This document shows positions 1 through 10,731 of a stretch of 64,000 nucleotides of DNA, piece by piece; position 1 is the first letter of the stretch; each line of letters begins with the position of its first letter. The stretch is from Alphaproteobacteria bacterium (GTDB lineage: Bacteria; Pseudomonadota; Alphaproteobacteria; UBA828). The notes beneath the pieces are model-generated. The model saw only the letters and a program-made list of their open reading frames with translations, was not told the origin of the DNA and made no database searches. Made by a program: the position numbers and the translations under genes. The stretch lies in NCBI GenBank assembly GCA_965214705.1, contig CBDCCI010000001.1:576001-640000 (forward strand), in the 5' to 3' direction.

Positions 1-216
1 GCGGTGCTGCCGATGGCACCGCCGGTGGCGCTCGTCACCGCTCACAGCATCGGGTGGGTGTCGAGGAGGTGGCGGGCGACCTCGCGGACGCGATGGCGCT
101 CGTGCACCCTGACGGGACCGCGGGGGTCTTCGGACAGGTGCACCACGTAGAACACCGCGCCGCGGTTGAGGATGTCGTCCTGGCGATAGACATCCCCGAC
201 GTAGTCGCCGTCCTGA

Positions 217-240
217 TATTACGTTGAGCTCAACGTAATA
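217..240. repeat. Perfect 24-bp palindrome TATTACGTTGAGCTCAACGTAATA; its core arms resemble the RIT terminal motif
   Basis: Self-complementary. Arm TTACGTTGAG compares with RIT end TTATGTCGAG. Confidence 0.9.
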
Positions 241-549
241 AATTGGCCTGTATCGGTCGTGCGCAGCAGGACCGATACAGGCATTGAGCTGAGCCGCGCT
301 GCACGGCCGTAGTGCCGGGCTATGGGGAAAGTAACCGCTGGGTGGGAGCCGATTAGGCCGAAGCGGTGCAACCTGTTGGTGTCGCTGGCGGCGCCGGCAC
401 TCTGAATCTCCACTTATCAGGTTGCGACGCGGCTGTGCAGGGGCTCGCGACGATGTTTCGCCGCCGGGCAGCACGAAGCGGGCGCAGGAGCGGTCGCGGC
501 GCGGCGGCCGGGGGGACTGTTGTCGGACCTTGTCGGTTCTGACGCATCG

Positions 550-1770
550 TCACGGCGGTCGGGTATTCGTCGCCCGCATGGCTGCTTGGGGCTGCGGCTC
601 AAGAATGACGGTTTGCCGCAGCGTTGCCTCGCCGCACTGGCGGCACACGGTGATGTCGATCCCCGTCAGTCGCAGCATCATCTGCTGCGTCGTTTCCGGC
701 TCCCGCGGTTCAGGGGCAGGCTGGCCGAGCAGGTCTCGGCAGCGGGCGAGCTTGCGAGCCCGGCAGCGATTGGCGAGCAAGCCGTAGTGGCGCAGGCGGG
801 TGAAGCCGCGCGGGAGGACGTGCAGGAGGAAGCGGCGGATGAACTCGTCGACGTCGAGACGCATCACCTTGACCTTGTTGCCGTCAGCGTAGTCGCGCCA
901 ACGGAAGCGAACGTGCTCGCCGTCGAAGTCGACGAGGCGATGATTGGCGATGGCAGCCTTGTGGGTGTAGCGCCCGAGATAGGCCAGAACGTGCCCGGCG
1001 CCGGCGAACGGGGCCTTGGTGTAGACCACCCAGTCGTTCGACCGCAGCGCGGTCTTCAGACACTCGAACTCGCGGCTGTCGTCACCACCGCCGACGACCT
1101 TGAGCCGGAGTTCGCCGTCGCGGTGCGCGGCGCCGAGGAAGTCGAGATACTTGCCGCGGAAGACCTTCGAGAGCGCGACCGTGGGGAACAGGAAGCCCTT
1201 GCGCGCGGGAGTGAGCCAGCGCTCTCTGTCCGGGCTCAGACCGCCGTCGGTGACGATACAGTGGACATGGATGTGCTGTCCCAGATTCTGCCCCCAAGTG
1301 TGCAGCACCATGGTGATGCCGAGCTCGCCGCCGAGCCAGCGGGGATTGCGGCCGAACTCGAGCAGGGTCTGGGAGGCGGCCTTGAAGAGCAGCCTGTAGA
1401 TGAGCGCGGTATTGCCCTGGGCCACGGGGTTGAGCTCGTGGGGCAGGGTGAACACGACATGCCAGTAGTCGATGTCGAGCAGATCGGCGCACTGACGCTC
1501 AACCCACCTGGTCTGCGAGAGGGTCTGGCACTTGGGGCAATGACGGTTCCGGCACGAGGCGTACTGGATCGTCACCGCCCCGCAGTGATCGCATTCTGCC
1601 TTGAACCCGCCGAGCACAGCGGTGCGGCAGTTCACCAGCGCGTCGACGACCCTCTGCTGCTGGGCCGAGAGCAGATGTGTCTCGCCATAGGCGTCGCCGC
1701 GCTCGCGCAGGATGTCCGCGACCTCCAGCGCCGGCCGTGTGGCTGGCGCCGCGTGGCCGACATGAGCCAC
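550..1770 (-). CDS. IS91-family rolling-circle (Y2/HUH) transposase
   Basis: N-terminal Zn domain (CDHC..SCRNRHCPKC), HVVFTLP, HUH motif HIHVH, YLGRY tyrosine pair, C-terminal CxxC. Confidence 0.93.
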   Translation of the reverse strand: MAHVGHAAPATRPALEVADILRERGDAYGETHLLSAQQQRVVDALVNCRTAVLGGFKAECDHCGAVTIQYASCRNRHCPKCQTLSQTRWVERQCADLLDIDYWHVVFTLPHELNPVAQGNTALIYRLLFKAASQTLLEFGRNPRWLGGELGITMVLHTWGQNLGQHIHVHCIVTDGGLSPDRERWLTPARKGFLFPTVALSKVFRGKYLDFLGAAHRDGELRLKVVGGGDDSREFECLKTALRSNDWVVYTKAPFAGAGHVLAYLGRYTHKAAIANHRLVDFDGEHVRFRWRDYADGNKVKVMRLDVDEFIRRFLLHVLPRGFTRLRHYGLLANRCRARKLARCRDLLGQPAPEPREPETTQQMMLRLTGIDITVCRQCGEATLRQTVILEPQPQAAMRATNTRPP

Positions 1771-1773
1771 CGG

Positions 1774-2628
1774 TCAGGCCTGGGCAGGACGCGGAAACTC
1801 CAGCAGGTCCAGGGGCGACGGCGTGGCGGACGTCTTGTCGTGAGCAAGGTGAAGGTAGCGCATGGTCGAGCGGATTGAGGTGTGCCCGAGGCGGCGTTGG
1901 ATGACATGCAGCTCGACGCCGGCCTCGAGGAGCCCGGTGGCGTAGCAATGGCGCAGCGTGTGGATCCCGCCGGGCTTGGCGATCCCGGCTTTGTCCTTGG
2001 CTCGATCGTAAACGTGTGCTGGCCCATGGCGCGTCATCGGCCGGCCGGGAATCCGACCGGGGAACAGCCAGTGCTCGGGCCGTACCCGCTGCCAGTACTC
2101 GCGCAGCTCGTCGAGCAGCCGGGGCGAGAGCGGGACGTAGCGGTCCTTGTTGCCCTTGCCCTGATCGACGCGCAGGCACATCCGCTGTGAGTCGATATCG
2201 CTGATCTGCAACCGGCCGAGCTCGCTCGCCCGAAGCCCCGCTGCATAGGCCGTCATCAGCAAGGCGCGGTGCTTGCGGTTGATGGTGACGCTGAACAGCC
2301 GCACCAGTTCGTCTTGGTTGAGCAGTACGGGCAGGGTGGAAGGCGTCTTGGCGAAGGGCAGATAGAAGTGCGGCTCGGGCAAGCCCAGCGTGATGCGATA
2401 GAGGAAGCGGATCCCTTGGCGAGCGCTGTTGCAGCTCTGCCAAGCCAGCCCCCGCTCTTCGTGAAGAAAGATGAGGTACTCCTGGACTTCCTCCGCTGAG
2501 ATGTGCTCGGGGCTGCGACCGTAGTGAACCGCGAGCCCGGAGACCGAGTTGAGGTAGGACTTCCTGGTGTTCTCGGCGAAGCCGCGAACCGTCATGTCGT
2601 TGATCATGCGCTGGCGAAGTGCCGTCAT
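1774..2628 (-). CDS. Tyrosine recombinase (IS91-associated integrase)
   Basis: SAM-like N-terminus (LRQRMINDM), GLRASE, HTLRH, LGH..T..Y. Confidence 0.93.
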   Translation of the reverse strand: MTALRQRMINDMTVRGFAENTRKSYLNSVSGLAVHYGRSPEHISAEEVQEYLIFLHEERGLAWQSCNSARQGIRFLYRITLGLPEPHFYLPFAKTPSTLPVLLNQDELVRLFSVTINRKHRALLMTAYAAGLRASELGRLQISDIDSQRMCLRVDQGKGNKDRYVPLSPRLLDELREYWQRVRPEHWLFPGRIPGRPMTRHGPAHVYDRAKDKAGIAKPGGIHTLRHCYATGLLEAGVELHVIQRRLGHTSIRSTMRYLHLAHDKTSATPSPLDLLEFPRPAQA

Positions 2629-2937
2629 GGGGCGTCTCCCTCTGGGTTTGGTCTGTCACGAAGACACGCCCATGCTCTTGCTCGCCGGCTTGGCGGTCGA
2701 CGACCATCGATCAACGAGGGAGAAACAGGATTCGACCCTGCGCCCAGACGCTGGAGCGAACGGCCACACTCAACTTACGCGCGGCAAGGAGATCACTCTG
2801 GGCACCCGGCGGCCGAGGCGCCCCGCCGCGGAACGCGGCTCAGTTCAGTACCAGTTATGTCGAGAGAGTTTTTATGGGCAGCTGAGCCGCTCCGGTCCTG
2901 CAGGAACAAGCCGCAGGACCGGATTCGCTCAACATTT

Positions 2938-3939
2938 CTACGCGGCGCGTGCGTCGTGCAGAATGGCCATCAGACGATCAGGCGCGTCCGTAAAGGCGCC
3001 CTTTCTGATCGAGGGAGGAACTCCTCGAGCAAGGATCTCAAGCTTCCCGATGGGATCGCTACGCAGGTATATCTCCGTACTGCGGATGCTGGCGTGCCCC
3101 AGCCAGAGAGACACCTTTCGAATGTCCCTTGTGACCTCGTAGGTATGGAGGCCACACGCGTGCCTCAACACGTGCGGCGTGATCCGCTTGCTCGCCAATG
3201 ACGGCATCGTCTTGCGAGCGGTCGCGGCGTGCAGCGCCAAGCGATGGGCGAACCCATGGCGGCTTATCGGGGCGCACCTGGCATTGAGGAAGACGTGGTC
3301 GTCCTCCACGGCTGGCCGGATGGCAAGCCAGTCGCGGAGAACCGCACTGGTTTCCTTCCACAGCGGGAGCGTGCGCTTCCTTCGACCCTTCCCCGTCACC
3401 CGCACCGTATCGGCGTGCGGATGCCCGAGGTCGCCGACCATGACCCCGACCAGTTCCGAGACCCGAAGCCCGGCGCAGTAGGCCAGGTGCAGCATTGCCC
3501 GATCGCGCAAACCAGCTGCGGTTTTGGGGTCCGGTGCGTCAAGCAATGCCTGCACTTCATCGTGGTCGAGGCAGTCGATGACCGTTTGGTCATGACGCTT
3601 CATCGGGATGGCGCTGATCTGTTGAGCCACATCGAGACAGGCCGGTAAACGGTACTCGAGGTATCGGAAGAACGACTTGATCGCGGCAAGGCGCACGTTC
3701 CGCGTGGGGACCGTGTTCCCCCGGTCTCTCTCCAGATGATCGAGGAAGTCGAGAACCAGCTCGCTCGAGAGGTGCTCGATCGTGATCGCGCTGGGGCGGA
3801 TGCCGAGCCGATCTGCCGCGAAGCGGCTCAACAGCACGAAGCTGTCGGTGTAGCTGCCGACAGTATGCCGGCTGGCGTTGCGCTCCTGGGGCATATGGTG
3901 CCGTAGGAACATGCTGATATGGGGAGCTAATTCGGTCAT
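2938..3939 (-). CDS. ritC: RIT tyrosine recombinase C
   Basis: MTELAPHIS start overlapping the ritB stop, RNVRLAAIKSFF, GLRVSE, HVLRH, LGH...Y. Confidence 0.88.
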   Translation of the reverse strand: MTELAPHISMFLRHHMPQERNASRHTVGSYTDSFVLLSRFAADRLGIRPSAITIEHLSSELVLDFLDHLERDRGNTVPTRNVRLAAIKSFFRYLEYRLPACLDVAQQISAIPMKRHDQTVIDCLDHDEVQALLDAPDPKTAAGLRDRAMLHLAYCAGLRVSELVGVMVGDLGHPHADTVRVTGKGRRKRTLPLWKETSAVLRDWLAIRPAVEDDHVFLNARCAPISRHGFAHRLALHAATARKTMPSLASKRITPHVLRHACGLHTYEVTRDIRKVSLWLGHASIRSTEIYLRSDPIGKLEILARGVPPSIRKGAFTDAPDRLMAILHDARAA

Positions 3940-6096
3940 GGCCTCATCCTCTGCGTCCGTGCGTTTTCCGTCTCCCAGGCAATCTGCTTCAGCAAGGTCG
4001 GCGTCGCCTCGAGGTACCAATAGGTCGAGGTAACGGAGGAGTGGCCGAGGTAGGTCGAGAGCGCGAGCATGTGCCGGCTGACCTGGTCTCGATCGGTTGC
4101 GATTGCCTGCTCAAGCGACGTGACGGAGAAGCGATGCCTCAAGTCGTGAAGCCTGACACCCGGCTCACCGGGACCGCCGCGTAGTCCTGTGGCACGGGCC
4201 AGCTTCACGAACATCGTGGTCAAAGTGGCCTTGTTGAGGGGTTTGCCGTTCGACAGAACGAACAACGCGTCGCTCGTGCCGCCGAGCTGCTTGCGGATCT
4301 CCAGATAGGCCGCGAGTGCATCACACGAGTTCGGATGCAGCGGAACGAGTCGAGACTTCCTGAACTTGGTTTCTCGAATGACGAGCCCGTCGGAGGTGAT
4401 GTCCGAGAAGCGCAGTCCACAGACTTCGGAGCGCCGCAAACCGGTTACAGCCACCAAGCCGATCACACAGTACAAGGTGTGCGGCGTGATCGAACCGGCC
4501 GGCGGAAGGCGCAGGGCGGCTTCCATCAGCCGTTTCACCTCAGCCTCACCCAACAGGCGCGGTGTACGCCTCTGCACCTTCGCGCGGCCAAGCGCGTCTA
4601 TGTGTGGAATCTCGTGACGGTCATCTTCACTGTGCAGCCATAGGGCGAACTGCCGGAGTTGCCTCAGACGTTTCCGAGCTCTCCCGGGGGATGGCGTGTC
4701 GGAGGCAAAACGAATCATCGTTTCGGCCCGGACAAGGTTAAGGGTTGGGCAGGCTCTCTCTCGAGAGCCTGCCCAACCCTTTTGAACGAAGCCGCGGGCC
4801 ACGAGAGGCGAAGTTGAGCTATGTGGAAAGTGCGCTGATGTCAGCGTCAGGCGGCATCCACCGGCAGCAGAGTTGCGCATAAAATCGACGCTCGCGCCGG
4901 TCTTTCGGCAGGCATGCGGGCGCACGCTGCGAGGACTGAGCGGGGTGTGAGCCGAGGGCTGTCAGCCCGGCTCAAGCGGAGACAGGTTCGGTCGTGCGTC
5001 GGCGCTTTGGCGCCGTTGCGCGGGGCCGAAGCGAGCGGGCGTCTCACGGTTTCCCCCTGTGGGTCGGCGGCAGCGCCGGCGGGCCGCGCGTCGAGCGGGG
5101 CTCATGGCGGCGGCGGATTTCGCGGACGAGGCGCATGACGCCGCCGCAGTGGGGGCAGGCCACGGGCGCGGTGCCGATCTCGGGCTCTTCGTCGGGCTCG
5201 GCCTGAGCGCCGTCCACGCTTCCCTCGGGGGCGGCGCAGCCGAGGGCGCCGAGAGCCTGGCGTGCTCTCTCCAGCGTGCTGGCGCGGCAGCCGTTGGCGA
5301 GGATGCCGAAGTAGCGAATGCGGTGCATGCCGTCCGGCAGGACGTGCCTCAGGAAGCGGCGGATGAACTCGTCGGCGCTCACGGTGGCGATGCCGTAGCG
5401 CGGCTTTCTCTGCCCCGGCGCCTTGGGCTTTCGGTGGCGGAAGGAGACCGTCTCGCCGTCGAAGGAGACGATGCGGCTGTCGGAGATGGCGATCCTGTGC
5501 GTGTAGTGCGAGAGGTACCGGAAGACCTGCTCAGGCCCGCGGAAGGGCCGCTTGGCGTAGACCACCCAGTCCCTGGCCCGGGCGGCGGCAAGCGTGGCGT
5601 GGAACTCGCCGGGATTGGCGAGGTGGGCGAGGGTGCCGTGGAACTCCAGGTCCCCCCGGCCGTGGGCGCGGGCGAGCTCCTTGAGGAAGAGGCGGCGGAA
5701 CAGGCTGCCGAGGACCTTGACGGGGGCGAGGAAGGTGGTGCTCCCCGTCTTCCACTCGCCACTGTCTACGTCGAAGCCCGCGTTGGGCACGACCACGTGC
5801 AGGTGCGGGTGGAAGCGGAGCTTCTGATCCCAGGTATGGAGGACCGCGGTGCCGCCGATGCGCATGCCGCCGTGGCGGGGATCGGCGGCGATGGTGCGCA
5901 GGGTCTCGGCGACGGCCCGGAAGAGGATGTCGAACACCACCCTGCGGTTGCAGAAGGCAATGGCGGCAACCTCCTTGGGCAGGGTGAAGACCACATGGAA
6001 GTAGGGCACCGGCAGGATGTCCCCGGCGCGCTCCTCGCTCCAGAGGTTGGCGGCGAGACCCTGGCAGGTGGGGCAGTGGCGGTTGCGGCAGGAGTT

Positions 6097-6441
6097 CTTA
6101 TGAGCTCTCTCCGCAAGGCCCGGCTTCATCTACGTCAATGGCATTCGCAATCTCTCCACTCGAATCCGCGGCCGATGTCCAGGCAGAACGTCGTTTCCAC
6201 GCAGCGATCCGCCACGCTGCTCAGCTCTTATCCGGTTCGGAACTCCGGCGCTTGCCGGCTCCGTGACCCCAATACCGCATCCAAGCGGTGGTGACGTTCC
6301 GGGAGGCGGGACCCATCTGTAGAACGGTGCCAAGCGGCGACCCAACTCTTGCCCGGTCACACGCCTTGCCCGGCATCCTCCGCGGCCGCGTCCGACCACG
6401 TCGGAACCTCCTGTATTTTCCCGTTCGTTCGGCCGGTGCCC
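6097..6441 (-). ncRNA. Candidate seekRNA/bridge RNA downstream of the IS110 recombinase
   Basis: 345-nt non-coding end, conserved with 47309-47587, with hairpins and short matches to the donor junction and target. Confidence 0.65.
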
Positions 6442-7638
6442 TCAGGAGACGATGGCGCCCTCAGGCACCAGTCCTTGGGTGGCATAGCGCCACAGCGCGA
6501 TCAGCAGCTTGCGCGCGACCCCCACGATCGCCCGCTTCCTCGCTCGCCGGTCCCTCCCGCCACCGGCATCCCTGGCGACGTAGGCGTGGAACCACTTCGT
6601 GATCGCGCTTTCCGGTTGCAGCTTCAGCCAGCGCCAAGCCATCTGGATCATGTGCTTCCTGACATGCGAGGGGCCGGCCTTGCTGATGCCAAGATCGTGG
6701 TCGACATCTCCGCTCGCCCACGGCACCGACGTCAACCCGGCCCAGCTGCCCAACTCCCGGCGATTGCGGAAGTCCCGATAGAACACCTCGCCAGCCAGCA
6801 GTGTGGCGTCATTGAGGCCGATGCCATGGATGCGCGTAAGCGCCGCGATCATCGCCGTCCCGTCACGATTGGTCGCGTCCTGGGCTTTCCGGCCAGCCTT
6901 CAGCAGGGCCCTCTTCTCGGCCTCGATCATCTCGATATGCTCCTCAACCAGGCGAAGCATCCCCACCGCCCTCTCAATCTCTGCCCGCGCACGCGGCGGC
7001 AACGGCGCCCCATAGCCCGTCCGCGCGGTCGCGAGGCGTTCGAGGAAGTCCGGCTTGCGCGGCGCCAGATCGAAGATGCCGTGCAACTGCAAGAGCCCTT
7101 TGATCCGGTTGTTGACGCGGGTACGCTCGCTGATCAGCGTGTCCCTCTCGCGCAGCAGGCGCTTGGCATCCTCCTGGTCCACATCGGGCACGCGCACCCA
7201 GGACATGGCCTCCGAATCGCCTTGGTCCCATGCCTTCAGAGCCCGAACCATCCTCCTCGCGTCGATACGGTCGGTCTTTTTCTTCTTGGCGCGCCGGTTC
7301 ACCCGCAGGCTCGCCGGATCGTTCATGAAGATATCGATCTCCGCGTCACGGCGCTCGATATCGCGGGCAAGCCAGAACCCCTCGTAGCCCGCCTCGTAGG
7401 TCAGCATCACCCGAGGACGGGCGCCGAGCTCCCTCGCCACCCGTTCCCGCACCGACCCGACGAGATCCAACAGTCCCGCCGTGTCGGCAGCAGCCAGTGT
7501 GTGGATGCTGATGCTGCCACCCGAGGCATCCGGGCAATGCACGCCAACGATCCACGATTTGAGGCTGATCTCCACCGCGACATAAATCGTGCTACTACTT
7601 GCGCCTGTCAGCGCGGTCGTGTCTGGACCATCCGACAT
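6442..7638 (-). CDS. IS110-family (DEDD) recombinase/transposase
   Basis: IYVAVEIS, YEAGYEGFW, KKKTDRIDA, GIG, GLTSVPWASG, GISKAG, ARKL. Confidence 0.92.
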   Translation of the reverse strand: MSDGPDTTALTGASSSTIYVAVEISLKSWIVGVHCPDASGGSISIHTLAAADTAGLLDLVGSVRERVARELGARPRVMLTYEAGYEGFWLARDIERRDAEIDIFMNDPASLRVNRRAKKKKTDRIDARRMVRALKAWDQGDSEAMSWVRVPDVDQEDAKRLLRERDTLISERTRVNNRIKGLLQLHGIFDLAPRKPDFLERLATARTGYGAPLPPRARAEIERAVGMLRLVEEHIEMIEAEKRALLKAGRKAQDATNRDGTAMIAALTRIHGIGLNDATLLAGEVFYRDFRNRRELGSWAGLTSVPWASGDVDHDLGISKAGPSHVRKHMIQMAWRWLKLQPESAITKWFHAYVARDAGGGRDRRARKRAIVGVARKLLIALWRYATQGLVPEGAIVS

Positions 7639-7941
7639 CCGTCCACTCCGTTGTTGACGATTCCGCTCGGAGAGAAGGTGCTGGCCTTCTCTCCGAGCTT
7701 GTCTAACCGCCAGAATCGATTCGGTGCCACCGTGCTCATGGTATCTGAAGAGCGGATGCTCGCGCCCGCAGCCCTCGCAGGCGTACATGTGGCCGCCGAG
7801 CACGGCGGTGCGGCACGCCTCGATGGCGCCCATGACCTTGAGCCGGGCGGCGTCGATGCGCCCTTTGTGGCGCTCACGGAAAGCGGCGCCGGCGCGGCGG
7901 AAGATCTCCGCCACGCCCGCGCGTTCGGCCTCCACGCGCCG

Positions 7942-8820
7942 TCAGTTGCGCAACGCTGCGAAGCCTGAGATCGGGTGGTCGAGGCCCTCGAACATCTTGC
8001 CGGTGACGCGGGCGTAGTGACGGGTCGTGTTCGCGCTTCGATGGCCGAGCATGTCCCGGATCACCTCGATATCGCCGCCGCGCTCGAGGAGATGGGTCGC
8101 CGCCGAATGGCGCAGGCAATGGAAGGTGTAGCTGCGGTCGAGCTCGGCAATGTCGCGCGCCCTCCTGAAGGCGGCCTGCAAGGTCTCCGTTGCGATGGGC
8201 CTGTCGAGCGAGACGCCGTAGAAGAGCCAGTTCGTCGGACGCGGCCAGATGTTCCTGTAGTAGACGCGCAAGTAGTGGATGACGATGTCCGGCAACGGTG
8301 CCATTCTCTCGGTGCCGCCTTTGCCGGAGGGGATGTGCAGCAGCTTCTTCTCCGACAGGATGTCGCCGACCTTGATGGCCAAGGTCTCGGAGATGCGGAG
8401 CCCGCCGCCATAGCCGGTGACAATGGCAGCACGGTGGCGGAGGTCGGGTGTCGCAAGGATGAGGTGCTCGACCTCCTGCTCCGACATGTAGCGCGGCAGC
8501 TTGCCGGGCTTCTTGCGGGAGCGCAGGCCGGCGACATGGTCAGGCCAGCCGAGTGTGTCGATGTAGAGGAAGTTCAGCGCGGCGAAGGAGACGTTGGTCG
8601 TGCCCGGACTGAGCCCCTTGTCGATCCGCCCCAGGTACCACTGGCGCACCTGCTCGGCGTCGAGCTCGTCCGGCGAGGCGTCGTAGTACCTGGCCAGGTT
8701 CTTGATCTCGCAGATGTAGGCCTTGGACGTGCTCGCGGCCAGATTGGCGATGCGGAGCTGCTCCTCCATGCGCTGGCGAAGAGGGGTGACGGTGTTCGTG
8801 TCGCACGCGGTCCCGGTCAT
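7942..8820 (-). CDS. Tyrosine recombinase of element type B, copy 1
   Basis: TPLRQRM, GLRISE, HCLRH, LGH..TT..Y. Confidence 0.92.
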   Translation of the reverse strand: MTGTACDTNTVTPLRQRMEEQLRIANLAASTSKAYICEIKNLARYYDASPDELDAEQVRQWYLGRIDKGLSPGTTNVSFAALNFLYIDTLGWPDHVAGLRSRKKPGKLPRYMSEQEVEHLILATPDLRHRAAIVTGYGGGLRISETLAIKVGDILSEKKLLHIPSGKGGTERMAPLPDIVIHYLRVYYRNIWPRPTNWLFYGVSLDRPIATETLQAAFRRARDIAELDRSYTFHCLRHSAATHLLERGGDIEVIRDMLGHRSANTTRHYARVTGKMFEGLDHPISGFAALRN

Positions 8821-9165
8821 TATCGATCTCCCTGGATCGCGACGGCGCGCCGCCGGACCGATCCGGCGACGGTCCGTCGCAGGGGTCGATGCTAACCACT
8901 GGTGATCGGGAGGCTGCTGGGGATCCGCCACCCGACGGGCGGAGCGCCACTGACGCAACCGGGAAGCGAACGCACAGAACAAACGGCACCCGCGACGCCT
9001 CGGAAATGAATGAACTCTACGCCGCTAACTCCGCGTAGCGGCTTCGTTCAAAGTCCTCTCCGAGCGCCATCGCGTTATCTGCCCACGCGAGCAGCAGGCG
9101 TTCTTCGTTCTCGTACCGGCAGCCAAGATGTCGTTTGAGGGCGACGAAACGGCCAACATGCTTCT

Positions 9166-10731
9166 TCATGTGCATGGCAGATCCCCGATCCAGGGCTGCG
9201 CCACCTCGAGAAGCATCGGGCGGTCGGTCTTGGCATAGATCGCGGTGGTATCCAGCGAGCGATGCCGCAGAAGCGCGCCGATAACGTCGAGCGACACTCC
9301 GGAGCGAACCAAGTTGGTCGCTGTGGAGTGACGGAAGAGGTGCGAGCCCCGCGGTCGGACTTCGCTCATGCCGGCCCGCTTCAGAGCGGATTTGACGCGT
9401 GCCGAGACCGTTCCACTACAAGCAAAGGGCCGATGCGGTGCTTTTGCCCGAAGGAAGACCTGGTCCTCGGCGACGCGCGGACGCGCCTGCTCGATGTAGG
9501 CGAGAACGGCGTCGCCTGCATCCTGGGGAAGCGGCAATCCCACCTGCCGCCGGGACTTCCCGCACACGCGGATTATCGCGTTGTGCCAGTCGATGTCATC
9601 GAGACGTAGCCGGACGATATCTCCTGCGCGTAGGCCGAGGCGGGCGAGGAGAAGGAGGATCGCCCGATCACGCAGACCTACGGGCGTCGTGACATCGCAG
9701 CATCGGATGACCTGCTCGATGGCCTCGGCAGGAAGATATCGAGGCAGGCTGGCCAACTTCCAGACGCGGCCCCTTGGGACTGCATCGACGAGAGTCGGCG
9801 AACAGATTCCGCGAGCAGCAAGATACCGCAGATACATTTGCATGGAGGTCGCCAGCGTCTGGGCATGACCCCATGACACCCCCTCGAACCGTGCAAGCAG
9901 CGCGGCTCGGATGCGCGCAGCGTTGTAACCTTCAGGATCTTGCCCAAGTCTCGCGAGCAACGTGCTGACGTTGCGTTTGTGATCGCGGATTCTCTCAGCC
10001 CCAATGCCGCGATGTCGTCGAAGCCACTCGCCGAATCCGTCCAGCGAGGTGTCCCTCGCCGTTTCGGGCACCACCGTCCGATGGTGGAGCACGCCTCTGT
10101 CAGTGAGGTACTGCGCAAACTCGACGAAGGGACGAACGTACTGCGGGTCGTAGCGGAGACTGCCGAAGTTCCTGGAGCAGCCTGGGCAGACGCAGTCGTG
10201 GCCGAGGAACTGCTCCACCACATCGGAATCGACTTCCCGCATGGGAATGCGGGACCGATGCATCCAGAAGAGAAGGTGCCGGCACACGCCCCGCCAATAG
10301 GCGAGCGTGGCGGCAGCGTAACCGTCGATTGCGCGCCGGGCGATGAAGTCTTCCAGAAGGGTCAATCCTTCATGAAGGTCGCCGGGATGTGGGATGTGGC
10401 CCGTGTCCTCCAAGTACTGCACGAGCTTCAACGCGCCCGTCATCAAGGGGCGTGGGTACACGGTAGTCTCTTTGCGGCGCGACGGCAGCGTCCCTGCACA
10501 TCCGCATTCGTGATGACGGAAACGGCGCAACACGGCATCGTCAACCGAGACAATGGCCACGCCCTCTTGGTGCAGCCAAACGAGAAGGTGCCGCGCCGAA
10601 CGCCACAGGCTGCTGATGGTGTTCTCGGTAAAGTCGCAGCGGCGCAAATAGTCCACAAATGCTTGAAGGTGATGTTGGAACTGGTGCGGCGTCGGCCCCG
10701 GCCGAAAGACCCGCGTTGCTGTCGATGACAT
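9166..10731 (-). CDS. ritA: RIT tyrosine recombinase A (long form, about 521 aa)
   Basis: LPRYL, RDRAILLLLARLGLR, HLFRH, LRHRSLDTTAIYAK..L..VAQPW. The N-terminus carries a repeated module. Confidence 0.88.
   Translation of the reverse strand: MSSTATRVFRPGPTPHQFQHHLQAFVDYLRRCDFTENTISSLWRSARHLLVWLHQEGVAIVSVDDAVLRRFRHHECGCAGTLPSRRKETTVYPRPLMTGALKLVQYLEDTGHIPHPGDLHEGLTLLEDFIARRAIDGYAAATLAYWRGVCRHLLFWMHRSRIPMREVDSDVVEQFLGHDCVCPGCSRNFGSLRYDPQYVRPFVEFAQYLTDRGVLHHRTVVPETARDTSLDGFGEWLRRHRGIGAERIRDHKRNVSTLLARLGQDPEGYNAARIRAALLARFEGVSWGHAQTLATSMQMYLRYLAARGICSPTLVDAVPRGRVWKLASLPRYLPAEAIEQVIRCCDVTTPVGLRDRAILLLLARLGLRAGDIVRLRLDDIDWHNAIIRVCGKSRRQVGLPLPQDAGDAVLAYIEQARPRVAEDQVFLRAKAPHRPFACSGTVSARVKSALKRAGMSEVRPRGSHLFRHSTATNLVRSGVSLDVIGALLRHRSLDTTAIYAKTDRPMLLEVAQPWIGDLPCT

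Larger units (their letters stand above)
239..2848 (-). mobile_element. Tyrosine recombinase + IS91-family transposase element (type A)
   Basis: Two-gene unit. Start end CTGAACTGAGCCGCG has an inverted near-copy at 285-298, next to a 13-bp-stem hairpin at about 247-283. Same end architecture as the 58901-61566 element. Confidence 0.75.
6097..7746 (-). mobile_element. IS110-family, IS1111-type insertion sequence
   Basis: No target duplication. Subterminal IR ATGAGC/GCTCAT set 7 nt and 3 nt in from the ends. Long 3' non-coding region. Confidence 0.9.
5044..7935 (-). pseudogene. IS91-family transposase split by IS110/IS1111 (pieces 7747-7935 and 5044-6096)
   Basis: Matches the intact copy 60017-61258 except for the insertion at CTCTTC|AACTCC. 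Confidence 0.92.
4736..9051 (-). mobile_element. Tyrosine recombinase + IS91 transposase element (type B, copy 1) carrying an IS1111-type insertion
   Basis: Near-identical to 58901-61566. 4316 bp minus the 1650-bp insert equals 2666 bp, the length of copy 2. Confidence 0.92.
3936..9169 (-). pseudogene. ritB: RIT tyrosine recombinase B, interrupted by a 4.3-kb insertion (pieces 9052-9169 and 3936-4735)
   Basis: 118+800 nt join in frame (..LGED-F-VRAETM..). TKFRKSRLVPLH, HDLRH, LSTYLGH..TYWYL motifs. Confidence 0.88.

Noticed and set aside
1774-8820. Integron integrases with a cassette array
   Set aside because: The recombinases are short, lack the IntI-specific insertion as far as I can see, are coupled to IS91 transposases, and no attC array is visible.
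520-8895. Long antisense ORFs (520-1878, 5059-6294, 6349-7968, 7975-8895; also 25361-27418, 34241-36541)
   Set aside because: Shadow frames opposite well-supported genes, as expected in high-GC DNA.
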